From Flammeovirgaceae bacterium UBA2371 (GTDB lineage: Bacteria; Bacteroidota; Bacteroidia; Cytophagales; Cyclobacteriaceae): a DNA stretch of 64,000 nucleotides. Positions within the stretch are counted from its first letter, which is position 1, and every line of letters begins with the position of its first letter. The translations under genes were made by a program, and so were the position numbers. The stretch spans positions 106,453 through 170,452 of the forward strand of contig DDTF01000017.1 in assembly GCA_002345965.1 (NCBI GenBank), written 5' to 3'. The notes under the pieces are model-generated. The model was not told the DNA's origin, ran no database searches, and saw only the letters and a list, made by a program, of their open reading frames with translations. This document shows, one piece after another, positions 1-9,648 of this stretch.

Positions 1-231
1 TCGGTGAATATGCTCTCTTGTATTCTGATCTTCTATTTTGAAAATTTCTATGACCAAGAGATCTGTTTCCTTGTTCGACCTCACCACGTAAGGGTAATCC
101 TCAAGTGCAAAAAGTGCATAACCAGAAATGCGGGTGGTTTCTATGTATTCCAGCTGAGTTTTGTAATGCTCGTAGTTATGCATTCCCCTTCGTAATGAGC
201 CATAAAAGGCGAATAGATTAGATTCTGACAT
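1..231 (-). CDS. gamma-glutamylcyclotransferase (AIG2/GGACT-like) family protein, N-terminal part; gene runs off the left edge
   Basis: Absent from the ORF track because there is no stop in the window. My translation of the minus strand from ATG 231..229 gives MSESNLFAFYGSLRRGMHNYEHYKTQLEYIETTRISGYALFALEDYPYVVRSNKETDLLVIEIFKIEDQNTREHIHR. The YGSLRxG start motif is typical of the GGCT fold. The + ORF 4..195 is its antisense shadow. Confidence 0.5.
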   Translation of the reverse strand, partial: MSESNLFAFYGSLRRGMHNYEHYKTQLEYIETTRISGYALFALEDYPYVVRSNKETDLLVIEIFKIEDQNTREHIHR

Positions 232-319
232 ATCTATGCAAAATTGGGTAATTTGAACCTTGCAATCGTAACCTAATGCTATATTTACGGGGTTTTTATT
301 CAGACAAAATAGTAATAAA

Positions 320-1432
320 ATGATAATCGGAGTTCCCAAAGAAATTAAGAATAATGAAAACAGGGTAGCCCTTACCCCTGCTGGCTCACAAGAGCTGACC
401 AAGCGAGGCCATACCGTTTATGTTCAATCCACGGCAGGTGTCGGAAGCGGTTTTAATGATGATGCCTATATCGGTGCAGGCGCTAAAATTCTTCCTACTG
501 CAAAGGAGGTTTTTGATATCGCTGAAATGATCATCAAGGTGAAAGAGCCTATTGAATCCGAGTATAAACTGATCAAGAAAGACCAGTTGGTATTCACCTA
601 CTTTCACTTTGCCTCCTATGAGCCATTGACAAAAGCCATGATTGAAACCGGAGCTGTTTGTCTTGCCTATGAAACGGTAGAGAAGGATGGTGGGCTTCCA
701 TTGTTGGTGCCCATGTCGGAGGTGGCAGGACGTATGGCCATTCAGGAAGGCGCCAAGTATTTGGAAAAACCGTTAAAGGGAAGAGGTATCCTTTTAGGAG
801 GTGTACCTGGAGTTATGCCTGGCAAAGTGCTTATCCTGGGTGGAGGTGTAGTGGGAACCAACGCGGCCAAGATCGCTGCCGGAATGGGTGCTGATGTTAT
901 TATCGCTGACGTTAATCTTAACCGACTTCGTTACCTGGACGATGTGATGCCAAAGAACGTTTCTACCATGGCATCCAATGAATATGTAATTCGCGAGCTG
1001 GTACAAACCCACGACCTGATCGTTGGTGCAGTGCTTATCCCAGGTGCAAAGGCACCCAAATTAATATCGAAAGATATGCTTAAGACCATGAGGCCTGGTA
1101 CGGTGCTGGTAGATGTGGCAGTTGACCAGGGAGGTTGTATAGAAACCTGTAAGCCCACTACACACGAAGATCCTACCTATATCATTGACGATGTAGTTCA
1201 TTATTGTGTGGCCAATATGCCGGGTGCTGTTCCTTATACCTCTACCCTGGCGTTGACCAACGCTACGCTTCCGTACGCTATTAAATTAGCTGGTAAAGGA
1301 TGGAAAAAAGCCTGCATAGAAAATGAAGATTTGAAATTGGGCTTGAATGTGATCAACGGGAAGGTGGTTTACAAGGCTGTTGCAGACGCCTTTAATCTGC
1401 CCTACACGGATGTTGAAGAATTTTTGAAATAG
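320..1432 (+). CDS. ald: alanine dehydrogenase
   Basis: 370-aa ORF. The N-terminus MIIGVPKEIKNNENRVALTP and the Rossmann motif LGGGVVGTNAAKIAAGMGADV are the alanine dehydrogenase/PNT signature. Full length, followed by a terminator. Confidence 0.93.
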   Translation: MIIGVPKEIKNNENRVALTPAGSQELTKRGHTVYVQSTAGVGSGFNDDAYIGAGAKILPTAKEVFDIAEMIIKVKEPIESEYKLIKKDQLVFTYFHFASYEPLTKAMIETGAVCLAYETVEKDGGLPLLVPMSEVAGRMAIQEGAKYLEKPLKGRGILLGGVPGVMPGKVLILGGGVVGTNAAKIAAGMGADVIIADVNLNRLRYLDDVMPKNVSTMASNEYVIRELVQTHDLIVGAVLIPGAKAPKLISKDMLKTMRPGTVLVDVAVDQGGCIETCKPTTHEDPTYIIDDVVHYCVANMPGAVPYTSTLALTNATLPYAIKLAGKGWKKACIENEDLKLGLNVINGKVVYKAVADAFNLPYTDVEEFLK

Positions 1433-1450
1433 TAATCGATAAAAAATAAA

Positions 1451-1484
1451 AAAAAGGCGGTCCAGATGGTCCGCCTTTTTTTTA
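1451..1484. terminator. bidirectional intrinsic terminator shared by convergent ald and the HsdR_N-like gene
   Basis: AAAAAGGCGG (1451-1460) pairs with CCGCCTTTTT (1471-1480) around a 10-nt loop. An A-run lies upstream and a T-run downstream, so it can work on both strands. Confidence 0.6.
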
Positions 1485-1922
1485 GAACTCCGGAAATTTA
1501 TCTAAAAATACGGCCTCCTTGCCAAGTTCAGGAGCCCGCCAGCAATAGTGAACCATGCCATTGGTCACGGCCAGGTAGTTTGCTCCCACTGTCATGTTGT
1601 ATACCGCTATCTGATTAAAGGCTTTTTGAGTTAACTTGATCGAGGAGGATTTGCACTCTACCAGCATCCATGGCTTTCCTGCCCTGTCATGGATGAGGAT
1701 ATCAGATCTCTTTTGAAGTTTATTATACGTAAGGCTGCTTTCAATCCTGATCAATGATTTGGGATACCCATGGTTTTGAATCAGGTGTTGCACAAAATGT
1801 TGCCTTACCCATTCTTCGGGAGTGAGTACAACATATTTTTTTCTGATCGTATCAAATATCCAAACCTTTCCCTGTTCCTTTTTTAAATTGGGCGAAATGG
1901 ATGGAAGATTGAGTGGATTCAT
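1482..1922 (-). CDS. stand-alone HsdR N-terminal-domain-like protein (PD-(D/E)xK nuclease fold)
   Basis: 146-aa ORF. SDILIHDRAGKPWMLVECKSS gives a D...ExK core like the N-terminal domain of type I restriction HsdR. No helicase, methylase or specificity gene is nearby. Confidence 0.6.
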   Translation of the reverse strand: MNPLNLPSISPNLKKEQGKVWIFDTIRKKYVVLTPEEWVRQHFVQHLIQNHGYPKSLIRIESSLTYNKLQKRSDILIHDRAGKPWMLVECKSSSIKLTQKAFNQIAVYNMTVGANYLAVTNGMVHYCWRAPELGKEAVFLDKFPEF

Positions 1923-2045
1923 GTGCTCAAATTATAAATTATTTGTTCATGAATTACTTACAGACCATGTTACATTCAAAAGATTGTAGGTATCTTCAAA
2001 TGACGTAGAAAATAGTGTGCGGATTAAATTGCAATTGAGTAACCG

Positions 2046-2816
2046 ATGAAAACAAAACAGGAAATTGTTGAAAACTGGCTTCCACGATATACAGGCGTGC
2101 CCCTTGAAGACTTTGGCAGAGATATTTTATTAACCAATTTCGACAATTACGTCTATAAGTTTGCTGAATGGCATGGCGTAGAGGTGAAAGGTGAGGATAA
2201 AGCGATGCTAAGTGCAACAGCAGAAGGAATCACCATTATTAATTTTGGGATGGGAAGTCCAAATGCTGCCACCATCATAGATTGTCTAACAGCCATCCAA
2301 CCTGATGCTATACTTTTTCTGGGAAAGTGCGGAGGGTTAAAAAGGAAAAATGACATTGGCGATTTCATTTTACCCATCGCAGCCATACGCGGAGAAGGTA
2401 CTTCCAATGATTATCTTCCTCCAGAGGTACCTGCACTGCCAGCATTTGCCCTCCAGAAGGCCATATCAACCACTATAAGGGATTATAATCAGGATTACTG
2501 GACTGGAACCATTTATACTACCAACAGGCGTGTATGGGAGTGGGATGAGCCTTTTAAAGAATACCTTCGAAAAATTAGGGTAATGGGCATTGATATGGAA
2601 ACAGCCACCATCTTTTCAACGGCTTTTTTTAATGAAATTCCAGCGGGTGCCTTGCTGCTGGTTTCCGATCAACCTATGATCGCAGAAGGAATTAAAACAA
2701 CATCGAGTGACAAAGAAGTAACCGGCAGCTTTGTGGACCTTCACTTGAAAATCGGTATTGAATCCTTGAAGCAACTCATTAACAAGGGAATTACCGTGAA
2801 GCACCTGCGCTACTAG
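2046..2816 (+). CDS. amn: AMP nucleosidase (short form, PNP/UDP phosphorylase fold)
   Basis: 256 aa. Has the N-terminal NWLPRYTG segment plus FGMGSPNAATIIDCL and GIDMETATIF phosphorylase-fold motifs, as in the short Bacteroidota AMP nucleosidases. Confidence 0.7.
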   Translation: MKTKQEIVENWLPRYTGVPLEDFGRDILLTNFDNYVYKFAEWHGVEVKGEDKAMLSATAEGITIINFGMGSPNAATIIDCLTAIQPDAILFLGKCGGLKRKNDIGDFILPIAAIRGEGTSNDYLPPEVPALPAFALQKAISTTIRDYNQDYWTGTIYTTNRRVWEWDEPFKEYLRKIRVMGIDMETATIFSTAFFNEIPAGALLLVSDQPMIAEGIKTTSSDKEVTGSFVDLHLKIGIESLKQLINKGITVKHLRY

Positions 2817-4122
2817 GACTAATGATATTTTTGGACCTCACTAAAGTCAGCATCAACATTCCCAATACAAAAAACACAGCCAGCGCCAAGGCACTGTTGC
2901 GCATACTACCACTGATTTGGTTGATCAAACCGAATGAAAACGTACCCATCACAATGGACAGGTTGAAGGTCACATCAAAAAAGCTAAAGTAAGAGGCATG
3001 ATCAATGGTATTTTCCGGGATCAATTTGGTGTACGTTGCTCTTGCAAGGGCCTGAACTCCTCCCATGATCATACCTACTACAAATGCCAATGCATAAAAC
3101 TGGTACTCAGTTGAAATGAAATAAGCGGCAATGCATACAACAATCCATATCCCTATCATGGACATCAGTGCCACTTTGTTTCCATAGGTTGCAGAAAACC
3201 TTGCTGAAAGATAGGCACCAAAGGAGGCAACCAATTGAATTAGCAAGATGGTCATGATCAACTTACTGCTATCCAAATGAAGTACATCCGTTCCAAATAA
3301 GGTAGCGAGATACATTACTGTCTGCACTCCCATATTGAAGAAAAAGAATGCAGTTAAATATTTCTTTAGGTCGGGTGATGCTTTGAGACTTCTCCAAACT
3401 TTCAAAAGCTCCTCATAACCTTTCGTCCAGATATTGCCTGTGGCTTTTCTACCATACGGGTTTTCAGGTACATAGCGAAAAGTTATCAATGAAAACCCCA
3501 TCCACCACAACCCCACGAGCAAGAAAGTAAACCTTACCGCATCGCCTTCAGTAGCAAACCCAAATGAGCTGAAGTAAGTAATAATGAATAAACAAACTAC
3601 CATCAATATCACACTACCGTAATAGCCCATGGAATACCCTCTTGCACTGGTGGCATCATAACGGTCCATAGTAACGATCTCAGGTAAAAAGGCATCATAA
3701 AATACCAAACTTCCTGAATAACCTATGCTTGCCATCACTGAGCAAAATATGCCCCACTCCAGGTCATTGATATCCCTAAAGAAAAACAACCCAATGCAGG
3801 CGGTACTACCAATGGCCACAAACATCTTCATGAATGTTTTTTTCTTTCCCGCATAATCAGCTACACCGGAGAGCAGTGGCAAAATGAAAGCAACAATCAA
3901 AAAGGAAAAAGAGAGGGAGTAGGTATAAAGCACCGAGTTGTTAATACTTAGTCCCAAAAACTGAACAATATCCCCATTCGCAGTTACCGCCACTGATTTA
4001 TAATAAATGGGGAAAATCGCTGAGGTAATCACCAGTGAGTATACAGAGTTGGCCCAATCGTACATGCACCAAGCCCGGACTGTTTTGGCATTATTAAGCT
4101 GAGGTAAAGCGACAGTAGCCAT
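2791..4122 (-). CDS. MFS transporter, UMF1/Atg22-like family
   Basis: 443 aa with about 12 hydrophobic helices. Carries the N-terminal WCMYDWANSVYS motif of the UMF1 family. Its 3' end overlaps the amn 3' end by 26 nt (convergent). Confidence 0.7.
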   Translation of the reverse strand: MATVALPQLNNAKTVRAWCMYDWANSVYSLVITSAIFPIYYKSVAVTANGDIVQFLGLSINNSVLYTYSLSFSFLIVAFILPLLSGVADYAGKKKTFMKMFVAIGSTACIGLFFFRDINDLEWGIFCSVMASIGYSGSLVFYDAFLPEIVTMDRYDATSARGYSMGYYGSVILMVVCLFIITYFSSFGFATEGDAVRFTFLLVGLWWMGFSLITFRYVPENPYGRKATGNIWTKGYEELLKVWRSLKASPDLKKYLTAFFFFNMGVQTVMYLATLFGTDVLHLDSSKLIMTILLIQLVASFGAYLSARFSATYGNKVALMSMIGIWIVVCIAAYFISTEYQFYALAFVVGMIMGGVQALARATYTKLIPENTIDHASYFSFFDVTFNLSIVMGTFSFGLINQISGSMRNSALALAVFFVLGMLMLTLVRSKNIISPSSAGASR

Positions 4123-4130
4123 AGATCAAT

Positions 4131-4170
4131 AAAAAGCCCCTTCCCAAGATAGTCAGGAAGGGGCTTATTT
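4131..4170 (-). terminator. intrinsic terminator after the exbB-exbD-exbD operon
   Basis: AGCCCCTTCC (about 4135-4145) pairs with GGAAGGGGCT (4156-4166). On the minus strand the stem is followed by a T-run (plus-strand AAAAA at 4131-4135). Confidence 0.6.
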
Positions 4171-4189
4171 ATTCAAGTGAAAAAACAAG

Positions 4190-4654
4190 TTATCTCTTAT
4201 CTGATTTTTGCAAAGTAGAGTACAGAATCTTTCTGGCGTTGGCCTTTCTGAGTTGTGTTTCTACGTCTGCAATAATACCGCGTTTTGCTTCACTATCCAC
4301 TTTCATCGCTACAGTCAACTGTTCGCGTTCATTTTCTGGAAGTTTATCTTTTTCGCGGTTTACCCAAAGAATAATATCGTTGGGTTCAATAAATACATCT
4401 TCTGCCTGAATTTTTGGTTCAGTTCCAAATTGATCTGACTTCTTAGGTTCTCCGATATATAGATTAGTTACCAATGATTTGCGTTGCAATTTCCTCAGCT
4501 GGGTAGCTTGCGGAATACGCTGCATCACATCAACGGCAGTTTTTCTCAACTCGGTAGTCACCATAAAAAAGAACAGCAACATGAATACCACGTCCGGCAT
4601 TGAAGATGTTGGAATGTCCTGCTTTACTTTTGTTTTCTTTCTAAACTTTGACAT
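4190..4654 (-). CDS. exbD: ExbD/TolR family biopolymer transport protein
   Basis: 154 aa. Basic N-terminus, then a single TM (MPDVVFMLLFFFMVTT) typical of ExbD/TolR. Sits in an operon with exbB. Confidence 0.8.
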   Translation of the reverse strand: MSKFRKKTKVKQDIPTSSMPDVVFMLLFFFMVTTELRKTAVDVMQRIPQATQLRKLQRKSLVTNLYIGEPKKSDQFGTEPKIQAEDVFIEPNDIILWVNREKDKLPENEREQLTVAMKVDSEAKRGIIADVETQLRKANARKILYSTLQKSDKR

Positions 4655-4667
4655 AGTTCCTAATTTA

Positions 4668-5225
4668 TCAGTTTCCGGCCTTAGTGGGCTCAGCTATTGA
4701 AATCGCCATCGGTATTCCTTCACGTCCCTTGTTATACAATCTTTGATTTTCAGGGTTATTCAAGTCTGAGGCAATCTTTCTAAATTCCTCATTGGTGACT
4801 CCAGCCTGATCCGCATAGATGTCATAATAAGCAGCTTGGGCAATATCCAGAATTTCAACGAACCTTTTATGGGTAGTACCCCTATCTGTCTTTAAAGACA
4901 CAATGGCCTTTTCCGGACTGTCGGAGCTCTTAGGATCTACACCATTATTCAAAATGAACTTCTTAATCATGTCTTTCAATCCGCTAACGTCATTCATCGG
5001 CTCACCTTCCACAAGAAGAGCATCTGACGAGTTAACCTGGATTTTAAACATGTTGCGCTCCGGAATTTTAACGTCTTCCGGTGGTTGCGCCTCCGGTGGC
5101 GGAGGAAGTTGCATGCTCAATCCCTTGTCATTGGGCATCGTGGTGGTAACCAAAAAGAAGGTTAACAACAAGAACGCAATGTCAGCCATTGATGCATTCG
5201 GTATTTCTGGTGTACTCTTTGCCAT
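4668..5225 (-). CDS. exbD: ExbD/TolR family biopolymer transport protein
   Basis: 185 aa. The MADIAFLLLTFFLVTTT TM anchor has the ExbD pattern. Its start overlaps the upstream stop by 1 nt (TAATG). Confidence 0.8.
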   Translation of the reverse strand: MAKSTPEIPNASMADIAFLLLTFFLVTTTMPNDKGLSMQLPPPPEAQPPEDVKIPERNMFKIQVNSSDALLVEGEPMNDVSGLKDMIKKFILNNGVDPKSSDSPEKAIVSLKTDRGTTHKRFVEILDIAQAAYYDIYADQAGVTNEEFRKIASDLNNPENQRLYNKGREGIPMAISIAEPTKAGN

Positions 5226-5542
5226 TACTTAAGGGCTTTATTGATTTCTGAAAACACAATTCCTAGAAGTGCGATGAAAAACACAATGTAAAACATTGTT
5301 AAGCCAGCACCAATCATTTTCGAGCTGCTTTCACCTACTCCCTGGGCAGTGTACTTAGCGGTAACCTCTGATCCGGACAATCCGAATGAAATAAGGAAAA
5401 CCACCACTAACGCACCCAGACCCATTCCAGATTTTAAAAGTTCTTTAGGGGCCTTTAAGGCATTTATCAAAGGCAGGATTACCGCAGCAGCTAGTGCCAC
5501 CAACAGAAGTCCATAGCCTACATATAATCCAATGTCTTCCAT
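5225..5542 (-). CDS. small integral membrane protein (3 predicted TM helices), function unknown
   Basis: 105-aa hydrophobic ORF wedged between exbB (1-nt gap) and exbD (1-nt overlap). Position and composition argue that it is real. Confidence 0.55.
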   Translation of the reverse strand: MEDIGLYVGYGLLLVALAAAVILPLINALKAPKELLKSGMGLGALVVVFLISFGLSGSEVTAKYTAQGVGESSSKMIGAGLTMFYIVFFIALLGIVFSEINKALK

Positions 5543-5543
5543 A

Positions 5544-6359
5544 TTATTTTACGATTTTATGCTTCACCAAAAGGTCTACCAATGTGATAGAAGCATCTTC
5601 CATATCATTTACCAAATTGTCGATCTTAGATACCAGGTAGTTGTAGAATACCTGCAACACCATACCCACGATAAGTCCACCTACTGTTGTCAACAAGGCA
5701 GTTTTCATACCACCAGCAACAACCTGAGGAGAGATATCACCAGCTGCTTCGATCGCATCAAATGCACCCACCATACCAATTACAGTTCCGAAGAAACCAA
5801 GCATTGGTCCGAGTGATATGAAAAGAGAGATCCAGATCAAACCTTTCTCTAAGCGACCCATTTCAACACCACCATAAGATACGATGGATTTTTCTACCAT
5901 CTCCATACCTTCAGATGATCTCATCAATCCTTGTGTAAAAATTGAAGCGACAGGGCCTTTGGTGTTTTTAGTAACATCTTTTGCTGCTTCGATTCCGCCT
6001 TTAGAAAGTGCGTCTTCGATTTGAGCCAAAAGTTTTTTGGTGTTGGTTGTAGCCAGATTGAGTGTAATGATACGCTCAATTGAAACCGCCAATCCAAATA
6101 TCAAACAGATAAGGATAGGCCACATAAAGCTGGCACCACCCTCAATGAATTTCTCTTTAATTCTTTGGTGGAAGCTCGCCTCTTCGGCAGGTACTTCAGC
6201 CGCAACATCCATCATAGGGGCTTCTTCCTGATCTGAAGAGACAGCTTCAGTCTGTTCGCTCTGTGTTTGAGTGGTATCTCCTTCCTGAGCAACAGCCAGG
6301 GTAAAAGATCCAAAAATCAAGACTCCGAATAGAGCGAGAATAGCAATTTGTTTTTTCAT
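5544..6359 (-). CDS. exbB: MotA/TolQ/ExbB proton-channel family protein
   Basis: 271 aa. Signal-like N-terminus, an acidic linker, then the 3-TM MotA/TolQ/ExbB core (GPMLGFFGTVIGMVGAF, ALLTTVGGLIVGM). Confidence 0.85.
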   Translation of the reverse strand: MKKQIAILALFGVLIFGSFTLAVAQEGDTTQTQSEQTEAVSSDQEEAPMMDVAAEVPAEEASFHQRIKEKFIEGGASFMWPILICLIFGLAVSIERIITLNLATTNTKKLLAQIEDALSKGGIEAAKDVTKNTKGPVASIFTQGLMRSSEGMEMVEKSIVSYGGVEMGRLEKGLIWISLFISLGPMLGFFGTVIGMVGAFDAIEAAGDISPQVVAGGMKTALLTTVGGLIVGMVLQVFYNYLVSKIDNLVNDMEDASITLVDLLVKHKIVK

Positions 6360-6603
6360 GGTTTAAGGTTTAAGATATAACTTGAAGTGGCCAAAATTAA
6401 ACGTTTTGTTCATTTCTAAGCAAAATTTCCAAAAAAAAATACAAAATAATCTTCAGTCATTCTTCGCCTCTACCATAGAATGCCTATTACATCCGTTAGT
6501 CACACAGAATTTTATTTGTTGGTATTTTTTGCATGGCCAGAAATGATGAATTACCTCCTTGTTAAAGGTGTTTATTATCCATTTATTTGTGCCCTGAATT
6601 TTT

Positions 6604-6693
<90 letters not shown>

Positions 6694-6744
6694 AAGGGGT
6701 TTGCAGTCATTGAACGCTACCCCAAACAGTGTGGTAAAACTGAA

Positions 6745-7809
6745 TTATAGCTCGCTAAGCTCTCCAGCCATTGACTTACCAATCCACTTTCTTGTCTGAT
6801 CAGGCCCCAATTCACCCAAAAGCAGCATAAGTTTGGTCACTGCCGCTTCCGTGGTCATATCAGCACCGCTGATTACTCCCAGGTCTGCCAGCGTTTTACT
6901 TGTTTCGTACCTCCCTTGCGTCACCATGCCTCCAGGACATTGTGAGATGTTTAATACAAGTATCCCCTTTGCAATCGCTTTTCTCAAGATGACCAGAAAC
7001 CACTCAGCTGTGGGTGCATTGCCCGCACCATAAGTCTCCAATATGATTGCTTTGAGGCCATCTGTTTCCATGATGGACTCCATGGCCTTGGCACCAATAC
7101 CTGGAAAGAGCTTCAACAAAGCAATATTGGTATCAAATTTTGAGCGAAGTGATAGCTTTTTGGCAGTGGGATTGGCAATCGCATCAAAAGCGTAGTCAAT
7201 TTTTACACCTGCTTTAGCCAGCGCTGGATAATTTTCTGAGTGAAAAGCATCAAAATACATGCTCTCCACCTTTCTGGCCCTGCAGCCCCTTATCAGTTCA
7301 TAATCAAAATAAATACAAACTTCTGGTACGATAGGGCGACCCTCTCTATTCGCTGATGCAATTTCAAGAGCAGTGATCAAATTTTCTCGTGCATCAGAAC
7401 GGGGCTCACTGATCGGCAATTGGGCTCCTGTAAAAATGACGGGTTTGGCCAAACCTTCGAGCATAAAGGCAAGTGCAGAAGAAGTAAATGCCATGGTATC
7501 CGTGCCATGCAATACCACGAATCCATCCTGATCATCATAATTATCAAAAATTATTTTGCCGATGGTTTGCCAATGTTCAGGTTCAATGTTGGACGAGTCA
7601 ATGGGATGTTCGAAAGCAATCACAGTAATATCCAACATCAGATTCTTAAGCGTGGGCAGGTATGCCAATATGTGACTGAAGTCAAAAGGAACCAACACAC
7701 CATTCGCATCGCGAGTCATTCCGAAGGTGCCTCCGGTATAGACTATCATTATCCGAGACTTGGGATTGGCCGGAAGTGCTGTATTGATATTAATTTTTTT
7801 GTAGTTCAT
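6745..7809 (-). CDS. ansA: L-asparaginase, type I (cytoplasmic)
   Basis: 354 aa. IMIVYTGGTFGM (catalytic Thr motif), HGTDTM and ILETYGAGNAP are asparaginase I signatures. ATGA overlap with the upstream TatD gene. Confidence 0.85.
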   Translation of the reverse strand: MNYKKININTALPANPKSRIMIVYTGGTFGMTRDANGVLVPFDFSHILAYLPTLKNLMLDITVIAFEHPIDSSNIEPEHWQTIGKIIFDNYDDQDGFVVLHGTDTMAFTSSALAFMLEGLAKPVIFTGAQLPISEPRSDARENLITALEIASANREGRPIVPEVCIYFDYELIRGCRARKVESMYFDAFHSENYPALAKAGVKIDYAFDAIANPTAKKLSLRSKFDTNIALLKLFPGIGAKAMESIMETDGLKAIILETYGAGNAPTAEWFLVILRKAIAKGILVLNISQCPGGMVTQGRYETSKTLADLGVISGADMTTEAAVTKLMLLLGELGPDQTRKWIGKSMAGELSEL

Positions 7810-8576
7810 TTCACAAAAAGATTTTGAGCATTTACAGATGTGGCGGTTTGCAGGTCCTCAAGACTGATACCTAATAATTCAGCTACTCGAGTTGCAATGA
7901 TAGGAATATAGGAAGGTTCATTGCGCTTTCCCCGATGAGGTACTGGACTTAAATAAGGACTATCCGTTTCTAGCAACAGCGTATTTACATCCAGCTCAGG
8001 AATGATCTTATCCAATCCACCATTCTTAAAAGTACTCACGCCACCAAGTCCTAAATAAAATCCTAACTTTACTATTCGTTTTGCTTGTTCTATTGTTCCC
8101 GTAAAACAATGGAATACTCCTTTCAGCTTTTCATCGTGGTACTGCTCCACCATTGCTATGGTTTCGTCTATTGATTCGCGGCAGTGAATGACAATGGGCA
8201 GTTCATATCGTTTTGCCCAACTCACTTGTACAGCAAAAGCTTCCTGCTGCTGCTCCCAAAATGTTTTATCCCAATACAGGTCAGTTCCCATCTCGCCAAT
8301 AGCTGCAAATTTTCTTTTGGACAGCCAATTCTCTACCAGGTATAGTTCCTTTTCAAAATCATTTTTAACAGAACAAGGATGAAGCCCCATCATGGCCAGG
8401 CATTGGTTTGGATACTTTGCCTCCCATTCCAGCATATTATCAATAGAGGTGTGGTCAATATTGGGCATGTAAATTTTTTGTACCCCTGCTTCCTCACAAC
8501 GCAACATTACTTCCCTCCCATCGGCATCAAACTCCTTCAGGTAAATGTGTGCGTGACTATCGGTCCAATAATTCAT
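7806..8576 (-). CDS. TatD family metal-dependent hydrolase (DNase-like)
   Basis: 256 aa. Has DSHAHI at the N-terminus, EMGTDLYW, IHCRES and ETDSPYL, the TatD/amidohydrolase metal-ligand pattern. Confidence 0.85.
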   Translation of the reverse strand: MNYWTDSHAHIYLKEFDADGREVMLRCEEAGVQKIYMPNIDHTSIDNMLEWEAKYPNQCLAMMGLHPCSVKNDFEKELYLVENWLSKRKFAAIGEMGTDLYWDKTFWEQQQEAFAVQVSWAKRYELPIVIHCRESIDETIAMVEQYHDEKLKGVFHCFTGTIEQAKRIVKLGFYLGLGGVSTFKNGGLDKIIPELDVNTLLLETDSPYLSPVPHRGKRNEPSYIPIIATRVAELLGISLEDLQTATSVNAQNLFVK

Positions 8577-9637
8577 GACAATGCGTGTTCTATGGCTTCA
8601 TCGAGCAAATTAGTTTTACCCTTCCACCCGGCAAAGCCTGTGTAATTGTTTATTTCCTTCAATGCAAGTGCCAAATCAAAATCCTTTTGTGATTGACAGT
8701 AGGCTATCCCTCGTTGCTTTAATAGCATAGCAAGGTATTCTTGTTCCGTTTGTCCAGGTGTAGGAATAAAAATTGCCTTTTTACCTAAGGTGGCCAAATC
8801 CATCACAGAGCTGTACCCCGATCTGCACAATACTATTTCACTATTCACTATAACGGATTCCAACTCCTCAGATAAAAGATAATTCACCCTCTCAACATGT
8901 TGAATCCTTCCATCGGCTTGCGATCCTTCCACTACCCCCCTTACGATAATTGTATTGATATCAATGTGTTTCAACTGGTGCATCAGCTTTTGTTCCAAAA
9001 TAGTGCGCTGTGGTTCTGGTCCTGAAAGAATAATGGCCAATTGATAAGCAGTATTATTCGTGTGGCGCTTTACGAATCTGGATAATAGCCCTATGTATTT
9101 CGCTCCCTTGATGCTTGTTTGTGTGAGTGCTCCTGTCCACCTGGCCTTTTCCTCATCTGGGATCCAGCATTCATCAAAGTTGGCTATCCATTTACGATTA
9201 AAATAGTTGACCACAGGAGCCATCCATTTTAAATAGCTGGGCATGATAATATTTAGTTGGTGACCAATGAAAACAGATTTCACCTGTGACACATGACAAC
9301 CATATCTATTATCAGCTATAATCAGCGCGTAGTCGGTGCTCTTCACAATTTTCACCAAAGCATATCTTTCATTATGAATGGCCATCAGAAACTTTGGAAG
9401 TTGCATGAATACTTTTACCATAAATGGCAATCGACTACTGTAAGAAGCGCCATAAGAAGGCAATTCCAAGTACTTGAGGTTTGGAAACTCCAATTGCAGA
9501 AGTTTCAATGCGCTGCCACTTGAAGCGATTTCCACTTCACACGATTTCTGAAGGAGCAATCGGATGATAGGAATACACCGGGTGGCATGACCTAATCCCC
9601 AGTCAAGTGGCGCAACAAGGACTCGTTTAGTTTTCAT
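8573..9637 (-). CDS. GT-B fold glycosyltransferase (GT1/GT28-like, MurG/UDP-glycosyltransferase-related)
   Basis: Motifs are RVLVAPLDWGLGHATRCIPI at the N-terminus and RSGYSSVMDL....IFIPTPGQTEQ in the C-terminal nucleotide-sugar half. The ORF track starts at a TTG (9652). I prefer ATG 9637 (MKTKRVLV...). Confidence 0.6.
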   Translation of the reverse strand: MKTKRVLVAPLDWGLGHATRCIPIIRLLLQKSCEVEIASSGSALKLLQLEFPNLKYLELPSYGASYSSRLPFMVKVFMQLPKFLMAIHNERYALVKIVKSTDYALIIADNRYGCHVSQVKSVFIGHQLNIIMPSYLKWMAPVVNYFNRKWIANFDECWIPDEEKARWTGALTQTSIKGAKYIGLLSRFVKRHTNNTAYQLAIILSGPEPQRTILEQKLMHQLKHIDINTIIVRGVVEGSQADGRIQHVERVNYLLSEELESVIVNSEIVLCRSGYSSVMDLATLGKKAIFIPTPGQTEQEYLAMLLKQRGIAYCQSQKDFDLALALKEINNYTGFAGWKGKTNLLDEAIEHALS

Positions 9638-9648
9638 ATCGAACTTTG

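Noticed and set aside
4-195. 63-aa + strand ORF at the left edge
   Set aside because: It lies antisense to a much better minus-strand reading frame (GGCT-like, YGSLRRG motif) that runs off the window. Its own sequence is Cys/Phe-rich with no recognisable motif.
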